A stretch of 64,000 bases of DNA. Source: an uncultured Chloroflexia bacterium (GTDB lineage: Bacteria; Chloroflexota; Limnocylindria; Limnocylindrales; CSP1-4). Position 1 is the first letter of the stretch. Each line of letters opens with the position of its first letter. The DNA is taken from NCBI GenBank assembly GCA_963715085.1, contig CAVQQU010000005.1, forward strand, positions 30,538 through 94,537, in the 5' to 3' direction. Position numbers and translations under genes: made by a program. Positions 19,198 to 27,449 of the stretch are shown in pieces. The notes beneath the pieces are model-generated. The model searched no databases. It worked only from the letters and a program-made list of their open reading frames with translations, and had not been told where the DNA came from.

Positions 19198-21044
19198 ATG
19201 ACGGTCCCCCGCCGGACGCTTTCCGCGCTGCTCCTGCTCATGGTGCTGGCGATCGGCGTCGCCCCGGCCCTGGCGCCGGTCGTGCGAGCCGAGGTCCCAC
19301 GCCGACGCCGACCGCCGAACCGACGCCAACGCCGAGCGCGCCGAGCCCACGCCGTCGCCGTCGCCCATCGCCGTCGCCTTCGCCGTCGCCGACCCCGACC
19401 GTGCCGCCCATCGGCAGCCCCGAATCGCCGATGAGCGATCATCTCTCGGGCGACGTATACGGCTACCTCCCGTACTGGGAGATGACCAGCGCGATCGTTG
19501 ACTACCTCGACTGGAACGCCCTCTCCGTCCTGAGCCTCTTCTCCGTGACGCAGACAGCGACCGGGACGATCAACCGGACCCTGGGCGGGTACAAGGCGAT
19601 CACCGGTTCGCTGGGCCGCACGCTCGTCGCGACCGCAAAGTCGCGGGGCGTGCGCGTCGAGCTCACCTTCACCTCGTTCGGCTACGACAAGAACGCGGCC
19701 TTCTTCGCCGATCCCGCTCGCCAGGCGGTGCTCATCGACGAGCTGCGAGCCCTCGTCATGGACGTCGGGGCGGACGGGGTCAACGTCGACGTCGAGCTCA
19801 TCAGGGGCACCTGGTTCGACGAGTACGCCACCTTCGTCGCCAACCTGCGGGCCGCCCTCCAGGCCGACAACCCCGTTGCCTCGGTGTCGGTCGCGACGAA
19901 CGCGAACACCTCGGGCGCCCAGATGGCGAAGCGCGCCGCCGATGCCGGCGCCGACCGGATCTTCATCATGGGCTACGCGTACCGCACGACCTCGTCGAAT
20001 CCCGGCGCGATCGCGCCGCTCGTCGGCCGGTCGTCCCCGAGCGGGCTCGACCTCCGCTGGACCGTGGACCGGTACGCGGCGGAAGGTGTCCCGCTGGGCC
20101 GGACCATCCTCGGCCTCCCGTACTACGGCATCTCGTGGCCGACGACGTCCGGCGCCCTCGGCGCGCCGCGGACGACGACCGGGTCAACGTGGGTGCCGCG
20201 CCGCCACATCGGCGAGCCCGCGTCGCTGGGGGCGTCCCTGCGTTACGAGCCGGGCGAGTCCGTCAGCTGGTTCGCCCGGTACGACACGGCCGCGGGCACC
20301 TGGCGCCAGGTCTTCTACGACACGCCGACCTCGCTCGCGCCCAAGTACGCCTACGCCATCTCGCGCGGCCTGGCCGGAGTCGGCATCTGGGCCCTCGGCT
20401 ACGACCGGGGCGTGCCCGGGTACTGGGAGCTTCTCAAGTCGATGTTCGGGCCGCCGCTCGTCGCCACCCTCAGCGTGGCGCCGAGCCTCACGCGCTCGTT
20501 GACCGTGGCCGCCACGGTCGGCACGATGCCGGGGAGCCGGCCCGTGTCCGAGGTCCGGTTCCACGCCGAGGGACAGGCCTGGGGACCGTGGCAGCCGATG
20601 GTCCCCGCCACGGTCGACGTCACCACCGGCCTGCCCGTCCCGGCGCTGCCGTACCCCGTGACCCTCAGAGCCTCGGCCGCCGATGGGCGACGCCTCGTCT
20701 GGGCCCAGGTGCGCGACCAGGGCGGCACCCTGTCGAGCGCCGTGTCCGCTGCCATCACGCTCGACCGGACCGCGCCGGTCCTTGCCGAGGCGCCGGTGCT
20801 CTGGTATTCGACGACCTCCGGCTCGTGGCGGGCGCGGTGGAAGGCGGCCAAGGACCTGCACGGCCCGGTGGCCTACCGCGTCCAATACTCGGTGAACAAC
20901 GGCCCGTGGAAGATCGCCACGCTCCAGACTCCGAAGGCCGGGATCGTTCTGCCGGTCCGCAGCCGCGCGGCGAAGGTGGCGGTGCGGGTTCGCGCGGTCG
21001 ACGTGCTCGGCAACTGGGGGCCCGCGAAGGTCACTCGCCGCTGA
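19198..21044 (+). pseudogene. Secreted GH18 (chitinase-like) glycosyl hydrolase, signal peptide in a different frame (shift near 19295)
   Basis: The signal peptide MTVPRRTLSALLLLMVLAIGVAPALAPVVRAE starts at the ATG at 19198. A Pro/Thr/Ser linker and the GH18 core (GYLPYWEM..., GADGVNVDVE) follow in the frame of ORF 19401..21044. Confidence 0.75.
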
Positions 21045-21100
21045 CGGAGGGGTCGTTCCCGGGCGCGGGCAAGGCGCCTGGCGCCGGGCGCGGGCGCGGC

Positions 21101-21149
21101 GGCGCGGCGCGGCACCGGGCACTGATCGGCGCGGCGCGGCACCGGGCAC
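21101..21149. repeat. 22-nt direct repeat x2 (period 27)
   Basis: GGCGCGGCGCGGCACCGGGCAC occurs at 21101 and 21128, inside a 680-bp non-coding gap. Confidence 0.8.
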
Positions 21150-21207
21150 GTGGCCGGCGGGCTGCGCCACGGTGGGCGGACGCGCCTGCGGCCTCGCCGA
21201 AATGGCG

Positions 21208-21248
21208 CCAGCCGCGGGGTCAGCCCGGCCAGCCGCGGGGGCAGCCCG
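21208..21248. repeat. 20-nt direct repeat x2 (period 21)
   Basis: CCAGCCGCGGGGNCAGCCCG occurs at 21208 and 21229. Confidence 0.8.
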
Positions 21249-21728
21249 CCCAACGCGTCGCTCCATCACCCCCATCATTAGGCGGCGGGGTTCTGCCCAG
21301 GTTGGGCCGCGGATCGCTCCGCTCAACCCTCTCCTGGCTGCTGAGACGCGCGAGCCCGCGGAATCTGAGCATGTACCGAGCGTCGGCGACCGCTCCCCGA
21401 GCGCCGAGATGCCGTCACGCCGGGCAGACCGGCGGCGAGGCCGCGAATCCCTGCCTGCTAGTGGTGGGGGTGATCAAGCGGCACCAACCGCCGGGCCGAA
21501 CATCGCGGTGTCGCACGAAGCCTGCCATTGAGTTCCCGCCGAAGCGAGCACGTGGCTGACCCTGGCTCGAGCAGTCCGCGAGGATCCTGGCCAGGCGCGA
21601 CGCCCCGGATGGGCACTGCCCGCGACCCACCGCCCCTCCGCAAAACCTCCATACGGATTCCATCGAGCATCCGCCGGGCGCGGCCCATCGTCGGGCCGAC
21701 GGAAGATCGGCAACCCGGAGGCTCGACC

Positions 21729-22643
21729 ATGGCCACGACGGCAGCTCCCCCGCGATCGGCTCCGCGCCGACAACCGCGATCGCGTCTCGACCACCAGGCT
21801 CTGCGCCGTGTCGTCCAGGTGGGGGTGGCGGCGATCGTGGCGGTGGTGGCCCTCGAACGTGCGGCCGCGGGCCGGGGCGTCGCCGCGCCGGAGGCCCTCT
21901 GCCCCTTCGGCGGCATCGAGACCGCGTTCCGCCTGGTGACGGGCGCCGGGTACGTGCCCCACGTGCACGCGTCGAACGTGGTGCTGGGCATCGGCGTCCT
22001 CATTCTCGCCCTCCTCGCCCGCTCGGCGTTCTGCGGGTGGCTCTGCCCGCTCGGCTTCCTGCAGGACCTGGTCAGCGGCGCCTCGCGCCTCGTGCAGCGC
22101 AAGGTTCGGCCGGTCCGCCTCGGCGTGCGCTGGCTGAAGGTGCACGCTCGTCCCCTCGCCGTCCTGGATCGCCCCCTGCGCCTGCTCAAGTACGCCGTCC
22201 TGGCCTGGGCCGTCGGTGGCGCAGCCCTCTGGGGCGTCATGGTCTTCCGCGACGTCGATCCGTGGTTTGCCCTCCTCGAGCTCTTCCGCCTCACCGTCAT
22301 CCCGGCCGTCCTCGTGCTGGTGGCCATCCTCGTGGCGGCGCTCTTCGTGGACCGGCCGTGGTGTCGCTACGCGTGCCCGCTCGGCGCCGCGAGCGGCCTG
22401 GTCGGCGCGTTCTCGCCGGTCCGGATCGAGCGCATCGCGGACGCCTGCACCTCGTGCGGGATCTGCACGCGTGCCTGCCCGATGGGCCTGCCCGTCGCCA
22501 CTGCGGACCGGATCGTGTCGCCCGACTGCAACGCCTGCCTCGAGTGCCTGGCTGCCTGCCCGCAGGCCGGTGCGCTCGAGCTGCGCGCGGGGCTGCCGGT
22601 CCTGCACCTTTTCCCTGCTCCGCTCACCCCGAAGGAGGCTTGA
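21729..22643 (+). CDS. Membrane 4Fe-4S polyferredoxin (NapH/MauN-like)
   Basis: GGAGG lies upstream of the ATG at 21729. Several TM helices are present. Cys motifs: CPFGG, CGWLCPLG, WCRYACPLG, CTSCGICTRACP, CNACLECLAACP. Confidence 0.75.
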   Translation: MATTAAPPRSAPRRQPRSRLDHQALRRVVQVGVAAIVAVVALERAAAGRGVAAPEALCPFGGIETAFRLVTGAGYVPHVHASNVVLGIGVLILALLARSAFCGWLCPLGFLQDLVSGASRLVQRKVRPVRLGVRWLKVHARPLAVLDRPLRLLKYAVLAWAVGGAALWGVMVFRDVDPWFALLELFRLTVIPAVLVLVAILVAALFVDRPWCRYACPLGAASGLVGAFSPVRIERIADACTSCGICTRACPMGLPVATADRIVSPDCNACLECLAACPQAGALELRAGLPVLHLFPAPLTPKEA

Positions 22644-22644
22644 C

Positions 22645-23073
22645 GTGCGGATCCGGCCGGCGTTGTTCGGCGTCTTCGTCGTTCTCGTCTTCCTGGCGCC
22701 GGTCGTCGTGGCGAACGCCGCCGGCACCTGGGCGCTCACCGGCCGGCCCGCGGCCGGCGACGGCGCGGGCGGCGGCGGAGGAGAAGGAGGAGGTGGCGGC
22801 GGAGGTGGTGGCGGATCCGGCAACGGCGGCGAAGGCGAAGGTGGAGGCATGGGCGGTGGGCAGGGAAGCGGCGTGGTCGCCCCGGGCGAGGCCCGCGGCT
22901 GGATGACGCTCGCCCAGGTCGCCGAGGCCAACGCGATCCCGGTCGAGGAGATCCTCGCGGCATTCGACCTCCCGCGGACGACGGATCCGGCGACCGAGCT
23001 CCGCGACCTCGAGTCGGACGCCTTCTCGGTGGCCGCGCTGCGCGCCTGGCTCGCCGAGCGCGGGGCGCCCTGA
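22645..23073 (+). CDS. Small membrane-anchored protein with poly-Gly linker (hypothetical)
   Basis: AAGGAGG, then a GTG at 22645, 1 nt after the polyferredoxin stop. It has a TM anchor (ALFGVFVVLVFLAPVVVA), a GGGGGEGGGGGGGGGGSGNGGEGEGGGMGGGQGSG linker, and a ~60-aa C-terminal domain (WMTLAQVAEANAIPVEEILAAFDLP...). Confidence 0.5.
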   Translation: MRIRPALFGVFVVLVFLAPVVVANAAGTWALTGRPAAGDGAGGGGGEGGGGGGGGGGSGNGGEGEGGGMGGGQGSGVVAPGEARGWMTLAQVAEANAIPVEEILAAFDLPRTTDPATELRDLESDAFSVAALRAWLAERGAP

Positions 23074-23174
23074 CACCGCCCTGACACCGCCCTGACACGT
23101 CCGTGCTCGCCGGCCCGTCCGGGGCTGTCGGCGCCAACGCGCACCTCGGTCCCTGCGGTACACGCGCACTGCGA

Positions 23175-24313
23175 TCAGGCGCGAGGCAGCTCCATCCAGA
23201 CCAGCGCGCCGCCCTCGGGCGCCGTTCCCGCGCCGACGCGTCCGCCCTGCGCCTCCACGAGCGCCCGAACGATCGCGAGGCCCAGGCCCGACGATCCCGT
23301 GCGTCGGTCACGCGCCGGGTCAGCTTGATAGAGGCGGTCGAAGACGTGCGGCAGGTCCTCGGCGGCGATCCCCGGCCCCGTGTCCCGGACCTCGATCCGG
23401 ACGACACCTGCGATCGCAGCCCGGCCCGCCAGCACGACCCGGCCTCCGGGAGGCGTGTGGCGCAGGGCATTGTCCAGCAGCGCCGCCAGCACCTGGCGCA
23501 CCCGGTCGCGGTCCGCCACGACCGCCAGGTCCGCGGCCGGCGACTCGACGGCGACGGCGCGGCCCACCTCGCCTGCCCGAGCCTCCACGTCGCGGGCCGC
23601 GTCGCCGAGGACGCCGGCAACGTCGACCCGCTCGGCGTGGAGGTCCAGCCGGCCGCCCTCCGCAAGGCTGATCGTCCGCAGGTCGTCGACGATGCGCGTC
23701 AGGAGTCGGGCCTGGTCGCGGATCGTGCGCAGGTGCTCGTCGTCGTGGGCGTAGACGCCGTCGAGGACGGCGCTCGTGGTGGCCTCGACGACCGGCCAGC
23801 GGCGTGCGGAGCTCGTGGACGGCGTCCTGCATGAACCGGCGCCGGTCCTCCTCACCCCGCTCCAGGGCCGCCGCCATGCCGTCGAACGAGCGGCCGAGGT
23901 CGCCCAGCTCGTCGCTGCGGTCGGCCAGCCCCGATCGCCCTGGCGAGGTCGCCGGCCGCGACAGCCGCCGCCGCCTCCTCGAGCCGTCGAATGGGCCTCG
24001 TCAATCGGCCCGCCGCCCAGACGCCGCCGAGCGACGCCACCAGGGCCGCGGCGCCGGCCACGAGGACGATCGTGAGGATCATGGTCTCGCGGACATCGGC
24101 GAGGTGCTGCCCCTGGCCCTGTCCGGCCCCAGGCCCCTGGCCCTGTCCGGCCCCTGGCCCCTGGCCCTGTCCGGGGCCCGGCGTGGCGGCCGACCCGATG
24201 TCGAGCGACGCGAACCCCCGGTTGATGATCAGGGGCGTCAGGAGCGCGATGGCCCCCGCGGTGCCGATGGCCACGACCGCCAGGGCGAGCGCAAGGCGCG
24301 CGCGGAGGCTCAT
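23175..24313 (-). pseudogene. HAMP-containing sensor histidine kinase, two apparent frameshifts (about 23940 and 23800)
   Basis: The N-terminal TM/loop/TM/HAMP part is in ORF 23852..24394. The H-box FMQDAVHELRTPLA is in ORF 23320..23877. The HATPase part (LLDNALRHTP, VRDTGPGI, GLGLAIV) is in ORF 23175..23855. Confidence 0.85.
24110..24178. repeat. In-gene tandem repeat encoding (GQGQGPGA)n in the kinase sensor loop
   Basis: CCTGGCCCTGTCCGGCCCC-like units are repeated about 3 times. They translate (minus strand) to PGPGQGQGPGAGQGQGPGAGQGQGQ. Confidence 0.8.
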
Positions 24314-24338
24314 CGGTCCACGCCCCGGCCGACGGGAT

Positions 24339-25064
24339 TCACCGTCGCCCCGCCCGGTAGCCGATCCCGCGCACCGTCTCGACGTAGGCGCCACCGTCCG
24401 GCCGCGGGCCGAGCTTGGCCCGCAGGTTCTTGACGTGGCTGTCGATCGAGCGGTCGAAGGCGTCGAACTCCTCGCCGTGGACCCGGGCGCCCAGCTGCTC
24501 GCGCGTCCAGGCGCGATCGGGCTGCTCCGCCAAGGCGAAGAAAAGGTCGAACTCGGTGCGAGTGAGCTCGATCGGCTCTCCCGCGCGGCCCACGGTGCGG
24601 GCCACAGGGTCGATCTCCAGGTCTGCGAAGGGCAGGCGATCGTGGCCGGGTGGCGCGGTCGCCGGCGATGCCCCCAGACCCGGCCCGCGCCCGGTCGGGC
24701 GAAGGCGCCGCAGGACGGCGCCGACCCGGGCCACGAGCTCGCGCGGCTCGAACGGCTTCGTCACGTAGTCGTCGGCCCCGAGCTCCAGGCCGGCGACCCG
24801 GTCGATCACGTCGTCGCGGGCCGTGAGGAGGATGATCGCAGGCCCCGGGTCGCTCTCGGCGCGGAGGGCGCGAAGGACGTCGAAGCCGGTGCGGCCGGGG
24901 AGCATGACGTCGAGCACGATGAGGTCAGGCGGCGTGGCCCGAGCCGCCGCGAGGGCGGTGTCGCCGTCGTGGGCGACGTCAACCTCGTGCCCCTCACGCT
25001 CGAGGTACGCGCGGACGACGTCGACGATGCGGGGCTCGTCGTCGACGACCAGGATCCGGCTCAT
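24339..25064 (-). CDS. OmpR-family response regulator
   Basis: Receiver domain (ILVVDDE...DLIVLDVMLPG) plus winged-helix domain (LTRTEFDLFFALA...VETVRGIGYR). Confidence 0.9.
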   Translation of the reverse strand: MSRILVVDDEPRIVDVVRAYLEREGHEVDVAHDGDTALAAARATPPDLIVLDVMLPGRTGFDVLRALRAESDPGPAIILLTARDDVIDRVAGLELGADDYVTKPFEPRELVARVGAVLRRLRPTGRGPGLGASPATAPPGHDRLPFADLEIDPVARTVGRAGEPIELTRTEFDLFFALAEQPDRAWTREQLGARVHGEEFDAFDRSIDSHVKNLRAKLGPRPDGGAYVETVRGIGYRAGRR

Positions 25065-25157
25065 GGCGCAAGCATGCGCGGACGGCCCGACCGTTGCAGG
25101 CCGGGCCGTCGCGCGGGGTGGCGGGGCCGGACGACGCCCGGCCCGTGCTCGTGAATG

Positions 25158-25706
25158 CTACGGCTGGGTCGTGCCGGAGCCGGTTCCGTCGCAGGTGCCG
25201 TTCCCGGCACCGCGGCCCCGGCCGCCCATCCCGGCGCCCGCCTCACCGGCTGGACCGGCACCGCCCCGCTGGCCCTGCGCACTCGCGGGCCCTGCGCCGA
25301 CCGCCGCGCCCTGCATCCCGCCGAGCGTCGTGCGGTAGACCATGTCCTTCGCCCGCGTCGCGAGCTGGGCCTTCAGCGCGGTGGCCTGGGTCGTCGTGAG
25401 GGCGCCGTTCTGCACGCGCACGTCGATGCGCGCGGTCCACTGCTTCGTCAGCGCATCGACGAGGGTCTGCGGGTCGACCTTCTGTCGCTCAGCGATCTGG
25501 GCCAGCGAGAGGCCATCCTGGCGAAGATCGCTGATCGCGGCCTGGGTCAGCCCCAGGACGTCCGCGACCACGTTGGCCTGTACGCCGGCCCTCACGGTGC
25601 CGCCTGCGCCACCTGGCCGGCCCATCGGCCCGGCGGCAGCTACGGTGGCGACCACGGCGATGGTGAGCAGGGCCGCGGCCCCGGTGGCAAGAATAAATCG
25701 TCGCAT
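25158..25706 (-). CDS. Secreted hypothetical protein (helical repeat, Gly-rich C-terminus)
   Basis: Signal peptide MRRFILATGAAALLTIAVVATVAAA. Start taken at 25706; the ORF extends to 25772. Adjacent to the two-component pair. Confidence 0.5.
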   Translation of the reverse strand: MRRFILATGAAALLTIAVVATVAAAGPMGRPGGAGGTVRAGVQANVVADVLGLTQAAISDLRQDGLSLAQIAERQKVDPQTLVDALTKQWTARIDVRVQNGALTTTQATALKAQLATRAKDMVYRTTLGGMQGAAVGAGPASAQGQRGGAGPAGEAGAGMGGRGRGAGNGTCDGTGSGTTQP

Positions 25707-25895
25707 GGTTCGTGCCTCCACTGGCAAGTTCGTCGCGGGCCCGGCCGTTCGCGCCTTCGTGGCCGACGTCACCGGCGACAGGAAGAGCGTCGCTCGCCTG
25801 GGTGACGGTTCGATGCGTCCCCGGTGGAGGTTGCGTGGAGGCCGTCGCTCGCCGCGGTGCTGCGGGTTATCAGTCCCGGGCGTAGGCTTGCCGGG

Positions 25896-26969
25896 ATGAC
25901 GGGCCGCCGCGACAGGTCACCCAGTCACGGAGGTACGCGGTTGCTCAACCCCATTCCGGATCGACCAACGCTCACCGCGGCCGCCCTCCGCCGCTGGCTG
26001 CCGCCGCTCGCGCGGCGAGCACCGGACCTGGTGTCCGCGTATCTCGTCCCGGGCCGCGTCTCGCCCCGGTTGCGGGAGGCGACCATGCTCGGGGTCACGT
26101 CGATCAACCGCTGCGCGGCGTGCAATCGCGTTCACCAGCGTCTGGCGAGGGCGACCGGTCTCGTGATCGACGATCTAGGGGCCCTTGCACCCGAGGAAGC
26201 CGCCGCTCACGCGTATGGGCAGGCACTCGCGGTGGCCGGGCCGCGGGGTGTCTCGGCGCCGCCCACGCTCAGCGCACGGCATCGTCGCGAGCTCGAGGCG
26301 TCCGGCCTCGCGATGGAGCTGGCCAACCTCGCGGGCAACCGGTTCCTGCCCGAGCGAGCGTCGACGCAACGGCCCCAGATCGGCGGGGCACGGGTGGCTC
26401 GTGCCTACGACGCGGCGATGCGCGTCGCCGATCGAGCCGGCCTCCGCGTGGCACGGCGCCGGATCGCCGGCGGCGCGTCCGGGGACGTGCTCGAGATCGG
26501 GGTCGGGACCGGCCTCAACCTTGGCGCCTACCCGTCGGACGCGTCGCTTCACGCCATCGACCCGAGCGATCACGCGCTGGCGATCGCCGCCCGCCGCGCG
26601 GATCGCCTCGCGCTGCGGGCCGCCCTGCAGAAGGCTGATGCAGCCGCAATTCCCTATCCCGACCGATCCTTCGACGTGGTTGTCGGGACTTTCGTCCTCT
26701 GCTCGGTGGGGGACGTGGCCGCAACGCTCCAGGAGAGCCGGCGCGTGCTTCGGCCGGGCGGCAGCGTGCGGTTCCTCGAGCACGCGAGGTCCGACCATCG
26801 GTCGATCGCCCGCCTCCAGGGCCGGATCGCTCCGGGCTGGGCCCGGGCGTCCGGCGGCTGCCGGCTCGATCACGATGTTCGCGCCGCGATCGAGGGAGCC
26901 GGTCTGCGCATCACCGAGGAGCGATCCCATGCCGGCGGGCTGCTCGTTGAGATTGTGGCCGCCGCCTGA
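25896..26969 (+). CDS. Fusion: carboxymuconolactone-decarboxylase (AhpD-like) domain + class I SAM methyltransferase
   Basis: The CMD-like segment contains ...EATMLGVTSINRCAACNRVH. The methyltransferase part is VLEIGVGTGLNL...YPDRSFDVVVGTFVLCS...LRPGGSVRFLEH. Start uncertain (25824 or 25896). Confidence 0.65.
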   Translation: MTGRRDRSPSHGGTRLLNPIPDRPTLTAAALRRWLPPLARRAPDLVSAYLVPGRVSPRLREATMLGVTSINRCAACNRVHQRLARATGLVIDDLGALAPEEAAAHAYGQALAVAGPRGVSAPPTLSARHRRELEASGLAMELANLAGNRFLPERASTQRPQIGGARVARAYDAAMRVADRAGLRVARRRIAGGASGDVLEIGVGTGLNLGAYPSDASLHAIDPSDHALAIAARRADRLALRAALQKADAAAIPYPDRSFDVVVGTFVLCSVGDVAATLQESRRVLRPGGSVRFLEHARSDHRSIARLQGRIAPGWARASGGCRLDHDVRAAIEGAGLRITEERSHAGGLLVEIVAAA

Positions 26970-27095
26970 TCGCGACAGCGCCCTGTTGCGCGCCCATCCG
27001 TTCGCCGGCGAGCTTCCTGTCGCTGATCCAGGGCCAGGAGGCGTTGGCGTCGCGGTCCGCTCGGCTATAGTTGGCGCGGCCTTGTCGGCGTCCGG

Positions 27096-27171
27096 GCGGG
27101 AGTAGCTCAGCTGGCAGAGCGGCAGCCTTCCAAGCTGCATGTCGCGGGTTCGAACCCCGTCTCCCGCTCCA
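27096..27171 (+). tRNA. tRNA-Gly (anticodon UCC), CCA encoded
   Basis: A manual cloverleaf folds. Acceptor stem is GCGGGAG/CTCCCGC. D arm is GCTC-AGCTGGCA-GAGC. Anticodon stem is GCAGC/GCTGC with loop CTTCCAA. T arm is GCGGG-TTCGAAC-CCCGT. Discriminator is T, followed by CCA. Confidence 0.92.
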
Positions 27172-27189
27172 CTCCCCTGTTTCGTGCTC
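27125..27189 (+). repeat. Left copy of 65-bp direct repeat (tRNA-Gly 3' half plus 18 nt downstream)
   Basis: GCCTTCCAAGCTGCATGTCGCGGGTTCGAACCCCGTCTCCCGCTCCACTCCCCTGTTTCGTGCTC recurs at 33392-33456 with 2 mismatches. Confidence 0.9.
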
Positions 27190-27404
27190 ATGGCGAGACG
27201 ATAACTGTACGGTTGGCCTGCTCAGCGAGCGGTCAATTCTGACGAATCCCGTGCTGTAACGCTCGCCGACGAACCGAAGAGCAGCGAGCCCTTGGCGTGC
27301 GAGGACCGCCGCCGTCGACCGGGCTGGGTCCAACGCTGGGGGAGCGTCAGAGCGCTCCCCCAGTCAGCCGCGAAGCTGCTCCTGCACAACGCCCAGGCTA
27401 GTCG

Positions 27405-27433
27405 AAGAGGGGCGCCGACGAAGCGCCCCTCTT
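27405..27433 (-). terminator. Stem-loop 17 nt after the stop of the giant gene
   Basis: AAGAGGGGCGC / GCGCCCCTCTT forms an 11-bp stem with a 7-nt loop. The U-tract is weak (CUCUUCGAC). Confidence 0.6.
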
Positions 27434-27449
27434 ACGTGTGCGTGATGTT

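Noticed and set aside
18553-19368. A 271-aa minus-strand ORF overlapping the SRPBCC tail and the GH18 signal-peptide region.
   Set aside because: It is an Ala/Ser/Arg-rich antisense translation, and it overlaps two better-supported + strand genes.
21101-21248. Short direct repeats that could suggest a CRISPR array.
   Set aside because: There are only two copies of each of two different 20-22-nt units, with 1-5-nt spacers. There are no regularly spaced unique spacers and no cas genes.
26911-27333. Minus-strand ORFs crossing the tRNA-Gly gene (26911..27333, 26175..27191) and the pseudo-tRNA (33222..33470).
   Set aside because: They owe their shared peptide strings (…GDG-RTRDMQLGR…) to translating the tRNA sequence itself, so they are not protein genes.
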